From positions 252,733-316,732 of the forward strand of contig JAYQJM010000005.1 in NCBI GenBank assembly GCA_038142145.1: a DNA stretch of 64,000 nucleotides. Direction: 5' to 3'. A program made the position numbers and the translations under genes. This document shows, piece by piece, positions 39,715-49,494 of the stretch; the stretch's first letter is position 1; each line of letters opens with the position of its first letter. This stretch comes from Candidatus Actinomarina sp. (lineage in GTDB: Bacteria; Actinomycetota; Acidimicrobiia; Actinomarinales; Actinomarinaceae). Under the pieces are notes generated by a model. That model was not told where the DNA came from. It worked only from the letters and a program-made list of their open reading frames with translations, and ran no database searches.

Positions 39715-40914
39715 ATGAACATTGTTGTTGTTGGAACTGGGTATGTTGGATTAGTAACAGGTGTAGGTTTTTCTGAATTGGGTCATAATGTTTCATTTAT
39801 TGATCTTGATGAAGCTAAGGTAAACAATTTATCTAATAAAAAAATTCCCTTTTACGAACCAAATCTTGAAGAGTACTTTCAAAAAGACGAAAATTTTAAA
39901 AGAATGTCTTTTTACTCTAGTTATTCAGAATTAGAGTGGGAAAATACTGATATTGTTTTTATATGTGTACAAACTCCTAATAATTCTGAAACAAACTCTG
40001 TAGATACTAAATTTTTAGAGTCTGCAATTTCTGAGATTTCTCAATTAGATAATGACAATATAACAATTACAGTAAAATCAACAATTCCACCATATGAGAT
40101 TGCTAATGTATGCAACAATGTTGGCTATGACAAAAATTTATTGACTTTTAATCCTGAATTTTTGAGAGAGGGCAGTGCTGTTCATGATTTTTTTAATCCT
40201 GACAGAGTAGTCATTGGGGGACTAGATTCTACAAAAACAAACAAGTTAAAAGAGCTTTATAAAGAATTTGAAACAAAAGTTATCATTACAGACCCAATAA
40301 GCTCTCAATTGATAAAGTATCTTGCTAACACCTACCTCCCTTTAAGACTTTCTTTTGTTAACGAGGCCACAAGATTGGCCGATTATTCTGGTGCAAACTT
40401 AGTAGATGTATTAAAAGGTGTTGGATTAGATTCAAGAATAGGCTCTCACTATTTTAGACCGTCTCCATCTTGGGGTGGCTCTTGTTTCCCCAAAGATTTA
40501 GATGAAGTAAATAATATCTACAATAAAGAAGAGCTCAATTTACCACTTATTTCAAATATAATTGATTCAAATAACGAACATTTAAATTGGACAATTTCTC
40601 AGCTTTTAAACTTGAAAAAAGCAAACAGTTTAGAATCAATAGTTCTAGTAGGGGCTGCTTTTAAAGAAGACACTGATGATTTGAGAAATTCTCCGACTTT
40701 AGATATGTATAAATTATTAAGTGACGATGGAGTTGATGTTGTAATTTTAGATACTGAGATAGATGTGCCAAACCACTCGTATGTATCTTCTGTAAATGAT
40801 GTAAAACCTAATTCGTTAATAGCAATAATGTATCCACAAAAAGAGAATTTTTCTAAAGAGCTTTCAGATTATTCATCTAAAAATAATTGCATTATTTATT
40901 ACCCATGGAGTTGA
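39715..40914 (+). CDS. ugd: UDP-glucose 6-dehydrogenase (Ugd; UDP-glucose/GDP-mannose dehydrogenase family)
   Basis: MNIVVVGTGYVGLVTG Rossmann, catalytic GGSCFPKD; start set at ATG 39715 (ORF-track 39697 adds MLLFHN). Confidence 0.8.
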   Translation: MNIVVVGTGYVGLVTGVGFSELGHNVSFIDLDEAKVNNLSNKKIPFYEPNLEEYFQKDENFKRMSFYSSYSELEWENTDIVFICVQTPNNSETNSVDTKFLESAISEISQLDNDNITITVKSTIPPYEIANVCNNVGYDKNLLTFNPEFLREGSAVHDFFNPDRVVIGGLDSTKTNKLKELYKEFETKVIITDPISSQLIKYLANTYLPLRLSFVNEATRLADYSGANLVDVLKGVGLDSRIGSHYFRPSPSWGGSCFPKDLDEVNNIYNKEELNLPLISNIIDSNNEHLNWTISQLLNLKKANSLESIVLVGAAFKEDTDDLRNSPTLDMYKLLSDDGVDVVILDTEIDVPNHSYVSSVNDVKPNSLIAIMYPQKENFSKELSDYSSKNNCIIYYPWS

Positions 40915-40915
40915 T

Positions 40916-41845
40916 TTGAATATCTTAATAACAGGTGGTGCAGGATTTGTCTGTTCGCATCTTGCAGATAAATTATATCAAAAGGGTCATGATCTTATTT
41001 TATTAGATAACTTACTAACTGGAAATAAAAATAACATATCTCATTTGTTATCAAACAAAAATGTTAGCTTTGTCGAACATGATGTTCAAAACCATATTCA
41101 AATTGAGGATGAGATTGATTTTATCTTTCATTTTGCGAGTGCTGCTTCTCCAATTGCATATCAAGAAAATCCTGTGAACACCTTAAAAGCAGGCAGCATA
41201 GGAACAATCAACACTCTGGGTTTAGCTAAAGTCAAAAAGGCTGATTATTTACTAGCATCAACTTCTGAAGTATATGGAGATCCTGAAATTTCACCACAAA
41301 ATGAAGATTATTGGGGCAATGTTAATCCAAATGGAGAAAGAAGCATGTATGATGAAGCAAAAAGATTTGCGGAAGCAGCAACCGCTACTTACAGTAGAAC
41401 ATATAATCTCAATACTAAAATCGTAAGAATCTTTAATACTTACGGTCCAAGAATGCAACTTAATGATGGAAGAGTAGTTACAAATTTCATAGTTCAAGCT
41501 CTCAAGGGAGAAGATATAACTGTATACGGTGATGGTTCTCAAACAAGAAGTTTCTCCTTTGTTGATGATACTGTTAATGGAATCATTGCATTAATGGAAT
41601 CTAGTCATAATGATGTTTTTAATATTGGAAATCCTAATGAAATAACAATTAACGAACTTGCAAGCAAGATAATTGAGTTAACCAATTCTAATTCAAAATT
41701 AATCAATAAACTTCTTCCTCAGGATGATCCGAAACAACGACAACCTGATATTACAAAAGCAAAAAGCTTACTTAACTGGCAACCTGAAGTTGATCTTGAA
41801 GTCGGTTTATCAAAAACTATAGAGTGGGTTAGTTCTGAGCTATAG
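40916..41845 (+). CDS. uxs: UDP-glucuronate decarboxylase (UDP-xylose synthase, Uxs)
   Basis: ITGGAGFVCSHL, STSEVYGDPEISPQNEDYWGNVNPNGERSMYDEAKR (human UXS1: [32 protein letters not shown]), DPKQRQPDITKAK. Confidence 0.8.
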   Translation: MNILITGGAGFVCSHLADKLYQKGHDLILLDNLLTGNKNNISHLLSNKNVSFVEHDVQNHIQIEDEIDFIFHFASAASPIAYQENPVNTLKAGSIGTINTLGLAKVKKADYLLASTSEVYGDPEISPQNEDYWGNVNPNGERSMYDEAKRFAEAATATYSRTYNLNTKIVRIFNTYGPRMQLNDGRVVTNFIVQALKGEDITVYGDGSQTRSFSFVDDTVNGIIALMESSHNDVFNIGNPNEITINELASKIIELTNSNSKLINKLLPQDDPKQRQPDITKAKSLLNWQPEVDLEVGLSKTIEWVSSEL

Positions 41846-42893
41846 CTAGAACTCTTTGAGAGATACTTTCTAAATTTTGTTTTTGAGCATTTTCTTGAGC
41901 AAATTGAGTGATTTCATTTATATCTTTATCATCAAGTTCATAAAGTAAATCTAGTTTGTTTTTTAATGATTTTATATTTAATTCAAATTTTGTAAATTGA
42001 ATGGAACTCTTTTTAAATAACTTGTCGTAATCAGAATTTGAATATAAATTATATATTCCAGCAGTCAATGTTTCAAGAACGGATTTGTCATAAAAACCAT
42101 TTGGCGTTGCGTTTATGTGGAAGGAAAAATTTTTAAGAAATTCTGATAATTCATTATGAGGTATTTTGCCTTTAAAAATAATATTTTCATAATTTTCATA
42201 TTTTTTAATTAAATAATTTTTGTGATTTTGATCTTTTTGAGTTACATATTCACCAACAATTGTTAGAGAATTCTCATTAAATTTACTTTTTAAAAAAGAA
42301 TCTATAACAATTTCTAAATTCTTAGACTTCGTAACTCTACTTAACATTAAGAAGTTTTGATTTTCCAAAGTTTTTCTTTTGCTGAAAAAAAGTTTTGTAT
42401 CTATTCCATGGCCTATAACATGTACTTTTTTTGATTTATATGGAAAAGAACTATTGGAGGCTGTTACTACTTTATTACTAAATTTTAAACTTAAAAATAA
42501 TATGAGTTTTTTTGACAACTCTTGAGGCTCTGGATGGGTGTACCAAAGAATTTTTGGTATTTTATTTTTTTTACCAAACAAAACAACCAATACAAGTAAA
42601 AGTGGAGACATATGGGAAAAAATGAAATCATATTTTTTGGATGCAAATAGGTCAATAATTAATTTTCTTAGTTGAAATAGTTTTTCAATTTTTGAATATT
42701 TTTCATTTGATTTAATGCCGAAAATTTTTACATTATCAATGAAATTATTATTCTCAGTCGAGTCTTTTAGAGTTATAACATCAACATCATTAAATTCTTT
42801 TGCAAATTGGTATAGCCAGGAATTTGCAAATCCTAAAGATGTATCTTTGTCATCTACCGCTAAATTTAGATAGAGTAAATTATTTTTGTTCAT
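41829..42893 (-). CDS. Glycosyltransferase (GT-B fold, GT4-like)
   Basis: GT-B C-domain pattern (HVIGHGIDTKLF, ...VLETLTAGIYNLYSN); weaker motif conservation. Confidence 0.5.
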   Translation of the reverse strand: MNKNNLLYLNLAVDDKDTSLGFANSWLYQFAKEFNDVDVITLKDSTENNNFIDNVKIFGIKSNEKYSKIEKLFQLRKLIIDLFASKKYDFIFSHMSPLLLVLVVLFGKKNKIPKILWYTHPEPQELSKKLILFLSLKFSNKVVTASNSSFPYKSKKVHVIGHGIDTKLFFSKRKTLENQNFLMLSRVTKSKNLEIVIDSFLKSKFNENSLTIVGEYVTQKDQNHKNYLIKKYENYENIIFKGKIPHNELSEFLKNFSFHINATPNGFYDKSVLETLTAGIYNLYSNSDYDKLFKKSSIQFTKFELNIKSLKNKLDLLYELDDKDINEITQFAQENAQKQNLESISQRVLAIAQN

Positions 42894-43998
42894 TATTTAA
42901 TATTATTTGTGAATAGTTGTTTATAGTATTTTCAATGTTAAATTCGGTGGAAACTAAATATTTACAATTTTCTGATAGATCTCTTTTTTCTGATATAGCT
43001 TTATAAATTACTTTAGATATTTCGTTTATTTCAAAATTTTCAGTTAAATATCCATATGTATTATTTCCAATTAATTCAAAATTACCCCCAAATTTAGAAG
43101 CAATAACTATAAGTTGATAATTTAACGCTTCTAAAATGGAATGAGGCATTCCTTCGTATGATGAAATTTGAATGAAATAATTTGATATTTTATATATCTC
43201 TTTTAAATCATCATCAAATTTAGGTCCCAGTAATTCTACATTTTTTTTCAAATCTAGATCGTTAATTAGTTTTTGTAATTTTTTAAGCTCTGGACCTTGC
43301 CCAACAATTCTTAGAGTGAAATTTATATTATTTTCATCTTTTAAATTTTTAAAAGATTTCAATATTAAGTCAATATTTTTGTGTCTAACTAATCTACTTA
43401 CGATTAAAAAACTATTTTCATCGTAATTTTTACTAAAGTATTTGGATATTTGTGTTCCGTTATTAATTTTTTGAATGTTTCCTTTATATCCACAGTTCTT
43501 AACAAAGCTTTTGAGGTGTTCTGATGGTACGATTATTGTCTCTGCAGTATTAAATGAAATATTTCTAATTTTTTTAAATAATTGAATGCTTAGCTGATAT
43601 TTTTTTGTTTGAAATTCATCAAATCCATCATTGATTTTATATTGTGTGTAATACTTTTCCCACACAGGGTCTCCGACTATTTTTCTTATAGTCTTTTTTC
43701 TAAGAATCAAATTAGAAAGTAGAACTTCCATCCACAAACCATTGACAAAAATGACATCACTTTTAAATCCATATTTTAAAATTGCTTTGATGGTTTTTAA
43801 AACTCTAAGTATCTTATTTTGATTTCTTTTAATTCTCTTCACATCCATACCTAAACTTTCTTTAGCAAAAATATTGTCAGCTAAAGTGATGATTTTTACA
43901 TTGTTTTGTTCTGATAACTTTTCAGATACCAAGGGTACAAATTTTGCAGGACCTCCAACATCTGGAGGGAAAATTCCAGTTGTTATTAAAATATTCAC
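42880..43998 (-). CDS. Glycosyltransferase family 4
   Basis: MNILITTGIFPPDVGGPAKF N-domain; EGMPHSILEALNYQLIVIAS E-x7-E. Confidence 0.7.
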   Translation of the reverse strand: MNILITTGIFPPDVGGPAKFVPLVSEKLSEQNNVKIITLADNIFAKESLGMDVKRIKRNQNKILRVLKTIKAILKYGFKSDVIFVNGLWMEVLLSNLILRKKTIRKIVGDPVWEKYYTQYKINDGFDEFQTKKYQLSIQLFKKIRNISFNTAETIIVPSEHLKSFVKNCGYKGNIQKINNGTQISKYFSKNYDENSFLIVSRLVRHKNIDLILKSFKNLKDENNINFTLRIVGQGPELKKLQKLINDLDLKKNVELLGPKFDDDLKEIYKISNYFIQISSYEGMPHSILEALNYQLIVIASKFGGNFELIGNNTYGYLTENFEINEISKVIYKAISEKRDLSENCKYLVSTEFNIENTINNYSQIILNNEQK

Positions 43999-44001
43999 TG
44001 T

Positions 44002-44968
44002 CTAAAGATTTTGTTTAAAGTCTATTATTTTTTCAACCATAAATTCGATATTTTTAGTTGGTTTAATTCCTGTAAATTTTACGATTTTATCAATTCCAGG
44101 TGTTCTTCTGGTTGGATCTTCAAATGATTTTCCAAATACTTCTTCGTGGCTTTTGTAAATTAAATTTGATTTGGAATTTGATTTATTTATTACAAGTTCA
44201 GCCAAAGCTTTGATTGTAATTTCTTCTGTTTGACCAATATTGAATACTTCACCGTAGGCTTTGATTTCTGCAAGTTTGATTAAATATTCTACAACATCAT
44301 CTACCCATGTAAATGAACGAGACTGCGAACCATCACCATGGATTATTATATCTTCATCATTCAGTGCTGCTTCAACAAATCTTGGCACTACCATTCCATA
44401 TTTAGATAATTGATTGGGTCCAATTATATTGAAGAGTCTTACAATTATTGGTGAAACTTTTCCTTCTTCAAATAAAGACAATGCAATGAATTCATCAATC
44501 ATTTTTGAAGCAGCATAAGACCATCTGAGTTTTGTTGTTGGTCCTATTAAACTTTTAGTTTCTTCCGTCCAGAATCTTATCTTCAGCTACACCATAAACT
44601 TCAGAAGTAGAAGTTAATAAAACCGGTAATTTGTTTACTTGGCAAGCTTCAAGTACTTTGTGTGTAGCCAAAATATTTGTTAGAAGTGATTCACTCAAAT
44701 TATCCATAATATATTGAACACCAACACCAGCAGCTAAGTGATAGCAAAAATCATAATCTGAAAATAAACTTTCAATATTTTCTATATCTTCAATTTTTGA
44801 ATTAATAAAAATTACTTTTTTATCATTTGAAAATTTTTCTACATTAGATTTACTTCCAGTAGATAGATCATCAATTATTAATATTTTTTCTATTTTCTGA
44901 CTTAATAACTTATTTACTAGGTTAGATCCTATAAAGCCTGCACCACCTGTAATTATTATTTTTTTCAT
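44002..44968 (-). pseudogene. NAD-dependent sugar epimerase/dehydratase (SDR) interrupted by a frameshift (N-part 44555-44968, C-part 44002-44502 plus upstream extension)
   Basis: N-part MKKIIITGGAGFIGSNLVNKL...TSTSEVYG ends at TAA. The other frame reads through the junction without a stop: IRFWTEETKSLIGPTTKLRWSYAASKMIDEF..., which contains the catalytic YAASK (YxxxK). This indicates a single 1-nt indel near 44565-44575. Confidence 0.7.
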
Positions 44969-44972
44969 TAAT

Positions 44973-45944
44973 TTAAATATATTTGAGTTCTTTTATTTTA
45001 TCTTGATAAGAGAGATACCATTGTATAGTTTTTTCGATACCTTGTTGTATGTCAACACTAGGTTCCCAATTTAGAATTTCTTTTGATTTTTTCAAACTAG
45101 GAAGAACAACATCAGGATCTCTAAAAGCACGAGGTTCATTAGTTACCCTTGCTTGAGTATTAGCAGCAGTTTCTATAATTTTGATTATTTCATTAAGAGA
45201 AGTTGTCATATTACTACCAACATTAAAAGTGTCATTGTTATCTGTGTTCATAGTTTTTAGTAATAAATTTATTACATCTTCAATATATGTAAAAGATCTT
45301 CTCTGTTCACCATCTCCATAAATCACAACATCTTTATTTTCCAAGATCCAATGTATAAATCTTAAAATAGACATATCAGGCCTTCCAAAAGGTCCATATA
45401 CAGTAAAAAACCTTGTAATAACCAGTTTTGTTTTATGTGTTGATAAGATTGTTTTGGCTAAAGTTTCTCCTGATAATTTAGTTGCAGCATAAATTGATGG
45501 CGGGTCAATTTTTTCGTCTTCATTTTCAACCATTTCTTTATCTCCACTATTTCCATAGATTGAAGAAGTTGAAGCAAGTATCATTTTTGAAACAGAGTTT
45601 TCTCCACAATAATTTGCAACATTTGTTGTCGCTACTGTATTGTCCTTAATATAACTAAGAGGATCCTTGAAGCTTTGTCTTACTCCAGCTCTTGCACCCA
45701 TGTGAAAAACTACATCAATATCATTTATATTTTCTAGAGCATCTTTAGAAGAAAGGTCGGCATGTCTAAATTGAAAATTTTTCTTTTCACTCAATTCATC
45801 TAGTCTTAATTTTTTAAACTCGTTATCGTAGGCGTCATTAAGTGAGTCAATTCCAAATACGTTAAAGTCACTACTCAAAAGTTTATTTGATAAATTGTAT
45901 CCAATAAATCCTGCGCAGCCAGTAACTAATATATTTTTTACCAT
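44973..45944 (-). CDS. NAD-dependent epimerase/dehydratase (UDP-glucuronate/UDP-hexose 4-epimerase-like)
   Basis: ILVTGCAGFIGYNLSNKLL Rossmann, ASTSSIYG, catalytic YAATK; 323 aa. Confidence 0.7.
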   Translation of the reverse strand: MVKNILVTGCAGFIGYNLSNKLLSSDFNVFGIDSLNDAYDNEFKKLRLDELSEKKNFQFRHADLSSKDALENINDIDVVFHMGARAGVRQSFKDPLSYIKDNTVATTNVANYCGENSVSKMILASTSSIYGNSGDKEMVENEDEKIDPPSIYAATKLSGETLAKTILSTHKTKLVITRFFTVYGPFGRPDMSILRFIHWILENKDVVIYGDGEQRRSFTYIEDVINLLLKTMNTDNNDTFNVGSNMTTSLNEIIKIIETAANTQARVTNEPRAFRDPDVVLPSLKKSKEILNWEPSVDIQQGIEKTIQWYLSYQDKIKELKYI

Positions 45945-46050
45945 TCATATAATGCTAACAAATTAATAATCTATTAAGTGATAAAAATAATTCACATGAA
46001 TATTGTTATTATGTTATGTGTAGGAGAATACAATTAAATTAAAAGGCTAT

Positions 46051-47172
46051 TTGCCAGCACTAATATTTTTGATTCCATTAATACCTCACATGGAACTATT
46101 TGGTCCATTTATTCATACTGATGATGTACCAATACTGTTGTTTTCAATTATTTTTTTATTAACCCTCATTAATGAAAAAAAATTTACAGTAGATTTAACA
46201 GGTAAATATCTTTTAACTTTTATTTTTTATTTGGTATTTCAAAACCTTTATATCAACAATTCTTTTGTTTCATCTGATGTGTATAGATTTTTCTTCTATT
46301 TTTTACTTTATTTATATTTTTTAAACGTTGAGGACACAAAAGTTGCTAACAATTTGCCACTATATCTATTTTTAGCACTATCTATTTTCTCAATTTTTTC
46401 ATATTTTTTTGAAATTAATTTAGGTAAAGACAGTTATCAAACTTGGAGTATTGGTTTTAATCCAAGTGATATTGAATATTTGAAAGGTAGAGTGAATGGT
46501 TTTCAAGCAGGTGGACCTAATAGTTATGCTGATTTAATTTCTATTACAGCTATTTATAACCTTTACAGATATGAAAAATCTTATGCTTTGTTTATTGTAC
46601 CTTTGTCTTTACTTGCGGTTATTTTTACTTATTCAAGATTTGCACTAATAATTTTAGTTCTTTTTATATTGGCAAAGCTTTTAAAGGATAGAATGTATTG
46701 GTTGCTGTTAGTAGTTCTAGTAATTTTTTTAGTAGCCTTCTTATCACTTGGAGTAGCAGATAGGTTTTTAAATGATGACAACAACGGTATCAGTGATAGA
46801 TTAAGTATGTTAAATGCTGCATTTGACTATTATTCTTCGAGTTCTCTGAAAGCAAAATTGATAGGTGTTGGTTCAAATCAAGTAATATTTCTTTCTGATA
46901 ATGTACTTAGTTTTGATGATTTCAAGGATAATCCTTTCAGTTTTGGACCCCACAACTCCTTTGTTTTTTATTTAATTAATTATGGAATCATAGGTTTAGT
47001 TTTATTTTTTCTCATATTTTTTCGACTATTTACAAATATCAAATTAAAGGCAAGTGTAGTAGCGGTATTCTCTATTTTTCTTTTATCTTTATCAACAGAT
47101 TTACTTCATAACCACTCAATATCTTGGATTTTATATTATTTTTACTTTTCATCTTTAACATCAGAAAATTAA
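46051..47172 (+). CDS. O-antigen ligase/polymerase (Wzy_C) family membrane protein
   Basis: FTYSRFALIILVLFILAKL and C-terminal FGPHNSFVFYLINYGIIGLVLFF (HNxF...G..G signature); start ambiguous (TTG 46051 or ATG 46087). Confidence 0.6.
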   Translation: MPALIFLIPLIPHMELFGPFIHTDDVPILLFSIIFLLTLINEKKFTVDLTGKYLLTFIFYLVFQNLYINNSFVSSDVYRFFFYFLLYLYFLNVEDTKVANNLPLYLFLALSIFSIFSYFFEINLGKDSYQTWSIGFNPSDIEYLKGRVNGFQAGGPNSYADLISITAIYNLYRYEKSYALFIVPLSLLAVIFTYSRFALIILVLFILAKLLKDRMYWLLLVVLVIFLVAFLSLGVADRFLNDDNNGISDRLSMLNAAFDYYSSSSLKAKLIGVGSNQVIFLSDNVLSFDDFKDNPFSFGPHNSFVFYLINYGIIGLVLFFLIFFRLFTNIKLKASVVAVFSIFLLSLSTDLLHNHSISWILYYFYFSSLTSEN

Positions 47173-47215
47173 TTTTTAATAGATTACTTATTTTCTACTT
47201 ATACAATTAATACGT

Positions 47216-48148
47216 ATGAATATTTTAGTAGTAGGCGGTGCAGGCTACGTTGGTGGAGGCATAGTCGACTTACTTTCTTCGAAGCATAATGTAACAGTAT
47301 ATGATTCACTTATTTATGAAAACTCCTATAGAAAAAGTGTAGATTTCATTTATGGAGATATACGAGATTATCAAAAGCTAAATCCAATTTTAAAGAAATT
47401 TGATGCTGTGATATGGCTAGCAGCACTAGTAGGAGATGGTGCGTGCTCAATTAATCCTGTCTTGACTCATGAAATTAATTCTGAAACAGTTAAAAATTTA
47501 GCTAATAGTTTTTCAGGAAAAATTGTTTTTTTATCAACATGTTCAGTTTATGGTGCTCAAGAAGGTCTTCTAGATGAAAACTCACCGGTTAACCCTCTTT
47601 CAGATTATGCTTCATCAAAACTCAATGCGGAGAAATACCTAGAAGATTCTGACGCAATCATATTTAGGTTAGGAACCTTATTTGGAATTGGAGATTTATT
47701 TTCAAGAATTCGTTTAGATTTAGTTGTTAATATTTTGACCACCAGAGCGCTTATAGATAATAAAATGAGTGTTTTTGGAGGAGATCAGTGGAGACCTTTG
47801 TTGCATGTAAAAGATGTAGCAAACGCGATTGAAGCCACAGTCGAAGGTGACACCCAAGGAATATTTAATTTACATCATAAAAATTATAAGATTATTGAAA
47901 TTGCAGAAGAAATAAAACATAAAATACCTAAAGTTAATATAGAAACCACACCGCTTCCTTTTCAAGACGCAAGAAATTATCAGGTTTCAAGTGAAAAGCT
48001 ATACAATTTAACTAATTTTAAGGCTTCAATAGGTCTTGAGCAGGGGATTAATGAAGTATACGAACTCATTGATTCAAATAGAATTAAAGATATAAACGAT
48101 CCAAGATATTCGAATCAATCTTTTTTACAAACATTTGGTATTAAGTAG
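47216..48148 (+). CDS. NAD-dependent epimerase/dehydratase (SDR, specificity unknown)
   Basis: MNILVVGGAGYVGG Rossmann, STCSVYG, catalytic YASSK. Confidence 0.65.
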   Translation: MNILVVGGAGYVGGGIVDLLSSKHNVTVYDSLIYENSYRKSVDFIYGDIRDYQKLNPILKKFDAVIWLAALVGDGACSINPVLTHEINSETVKNLANSFSGKIVFLSTCSVYGAQEGLLDENSPVNPLSDYASSKLNAEKYLEDSDAIIFRLGTLFGIGDLFSRIRLDLVVNILTTRALIDNKMSVFGGDQWRPLLHVKDVANAIEATVEGDTQGIFNLHHKNYKIIEIAEEIKHKIPKVNIETTPLPFQDARNYQVSSEKLYNLTNFKASIGLEQGINEVYELIDSNRIKDINDPRYSNQSFLQTFGIK

Positions 48149-48599
48149 GATCATGGAGCCGATATTATATTCCAGCCAACATAGCTCAGATCATAGAGGC
48201 ACTGTTTTTTTTATAAATGATCTAGATTTATCAAAAGTTGTTAGATCATATAAAGTTTCAAACAAACAGTTAAAAACTGTTCGGGCATGGCATGGACATA
48301 AAGAAGAAGAAAAATGGATAAGTGTGGAAAAAGGTAAATTCTTAGTGTGTGCTGTTCAAATAAATAACTTTGATAGTCCAAATAAAGATTCAGAAGTCTT
48401 TACATTTACATTGACTCCTGAATCAGGGATATTACATATACCTAATAATTTTGCCAACGGTGCTATGAATCTAACAGAAGATAATTCAATTAGGTATTAC
48501 TCTTCACTAACTCTCAGTGAATCAATTAACGACGATTTTAGATTTGAGTCTGATTTTTGGGATCCATGGAAAACTTATAATCCGAATCTTTATGAATAA
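48135..48599 (+). CDS. WxcM/FdtA-like cupin (NDP-4-keto-6-deoxyhexose 3,4-ketoisomerase-like; possibly RmlC-like epimerase)
   Basis: 154 aa cupin; RAWHGHK resembles RGxHAH motif of FdtA/WxcM-like isomerases. Confidence 0.45.
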   Translation: MVLSRIMEPILYSSQHSSDHRGTVFFINDLDLSKVVRSYKVSNKQLKTVRAWHGHKEEEKWISVEKGKFLVCAVQINNFDSPNKDSEVFTFTLTPESGILHIPNNFANGAMNLTEDNSIRYYSSLTLSESINDDFRFESDFWDPWKTYNPNLYE

Positions 48600-49494
48600 A
48601 ATTTTAATTTTAGGGTTCAATGGAATGTTGGGGACTATGGTTTCTGAATACTTTGAAGATTTACATGAATTTGAAGTTTACAAAACTTCTAGAAGAATTG
48701 ATTCATCAAATCTTGATGACAAAATTTATAAATTTGATGTTTCTCAAGATAGTTTAGAAAATTTAATTGAAGTCACTAAGCCAAATTATGTTATTAATTG
48801 TATTGGCGTTATCAAGCCAGACATAGATGAAAAAAATATTAATTCTGTTAAAGCTGCAATAAATATCAACTCCTATTTTCCACTACAGATTGCTAGCTTA
48901 TCTAAAGACTTTAATTTTAAATATATTCAAATTGGAACAGATTGTGTATTTTCAGGTCAATGTGGAAATTATGATGAATCTTCCTTCCAAGATGCATCAG
49001 ATGTTTATGGAAAAACAAAAGTTGCTGGCGAGATAGAGCAATTAGGTAAATTTATTTTAAGAGGTAGCATAGTTGGTCCTGAATTAGGTGAAGGAAAGTC
49101 CTTATTAAATTGGTTTTTGTCAGAGGAAGGAGGCGAAGTTAGTGGATTTAGTGATCACTCTTGGAATGGAATAACAACTCTAAATTTCGCCAAAATAATA
49201 CACGGAATGATTAAAAATAATAATTTTAAAAATAAAATAAATCACATAATTCCAAAAGACAAAGTTTCAAAATTTGAATTGTTGAATTATTTCAAAATTT
49301 ATTTTGATGTTGATGTCCAAATTAATGAAACTAGTTCTAAACAAGTTGTTGATAGAACTTTAAATACATTAAATATTTCTGATAATTTAAAACTTTGGAA
49401 TGATGCTGGATATGAGTTTATTCCAACTATCGAAGAAAATATAAAAGAATTATCAGAAAGCAATATAACAAGAGCTATTCTTAATAGAACATGA
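48592..49494 (+). CDS. NAD(P)-dependent sugar reductase/epimerase (RmlD-like substrate-binding family)
   Basis: MNKILILGFNGMLGTMV Rossmann without long N-terminus, YGKTK catalytic YxxxK; start set at ATG 48592 overlapping cupin stop. Confidence 0.55.
   Translation: MNKILILGFNGMLGTMVSEYFEDLHEFEVYKTSRRIDSSNLDDKIYKFDVSQDSLENLIEVTKPNYVINCIGVIKPDIDEKNINSVKAAININSYFPLQIASLSKDFNFKYIQIGTDCVFSGQCGNYDESSFQDASDVYGKTKVAGEIEQLGKFILRGSIVGPELGEGKSLLNWFLSEEGGEVSGFSDHSWNGITTLNFAKIIHGMIKNNNFKNKINHIIPKDKVSKFELLNYFKIYFDVDVQINETSSKQVVDRTLNTLNISDNLKLWNDAGYEFIPTIEENIKELSESNITRAILNRT

Noticed and set aside
48517-48591. ORF-track N-terminal extension of the RmlD-like gene overlapping the cupin gene
   Set aside because: SDR Rossmann motif starts right after ATG 48592, which overlaps the cupin stop (ATGAATAA). 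The upstream 25 codons are out-of-frame read-through of the cupin C-terminus.
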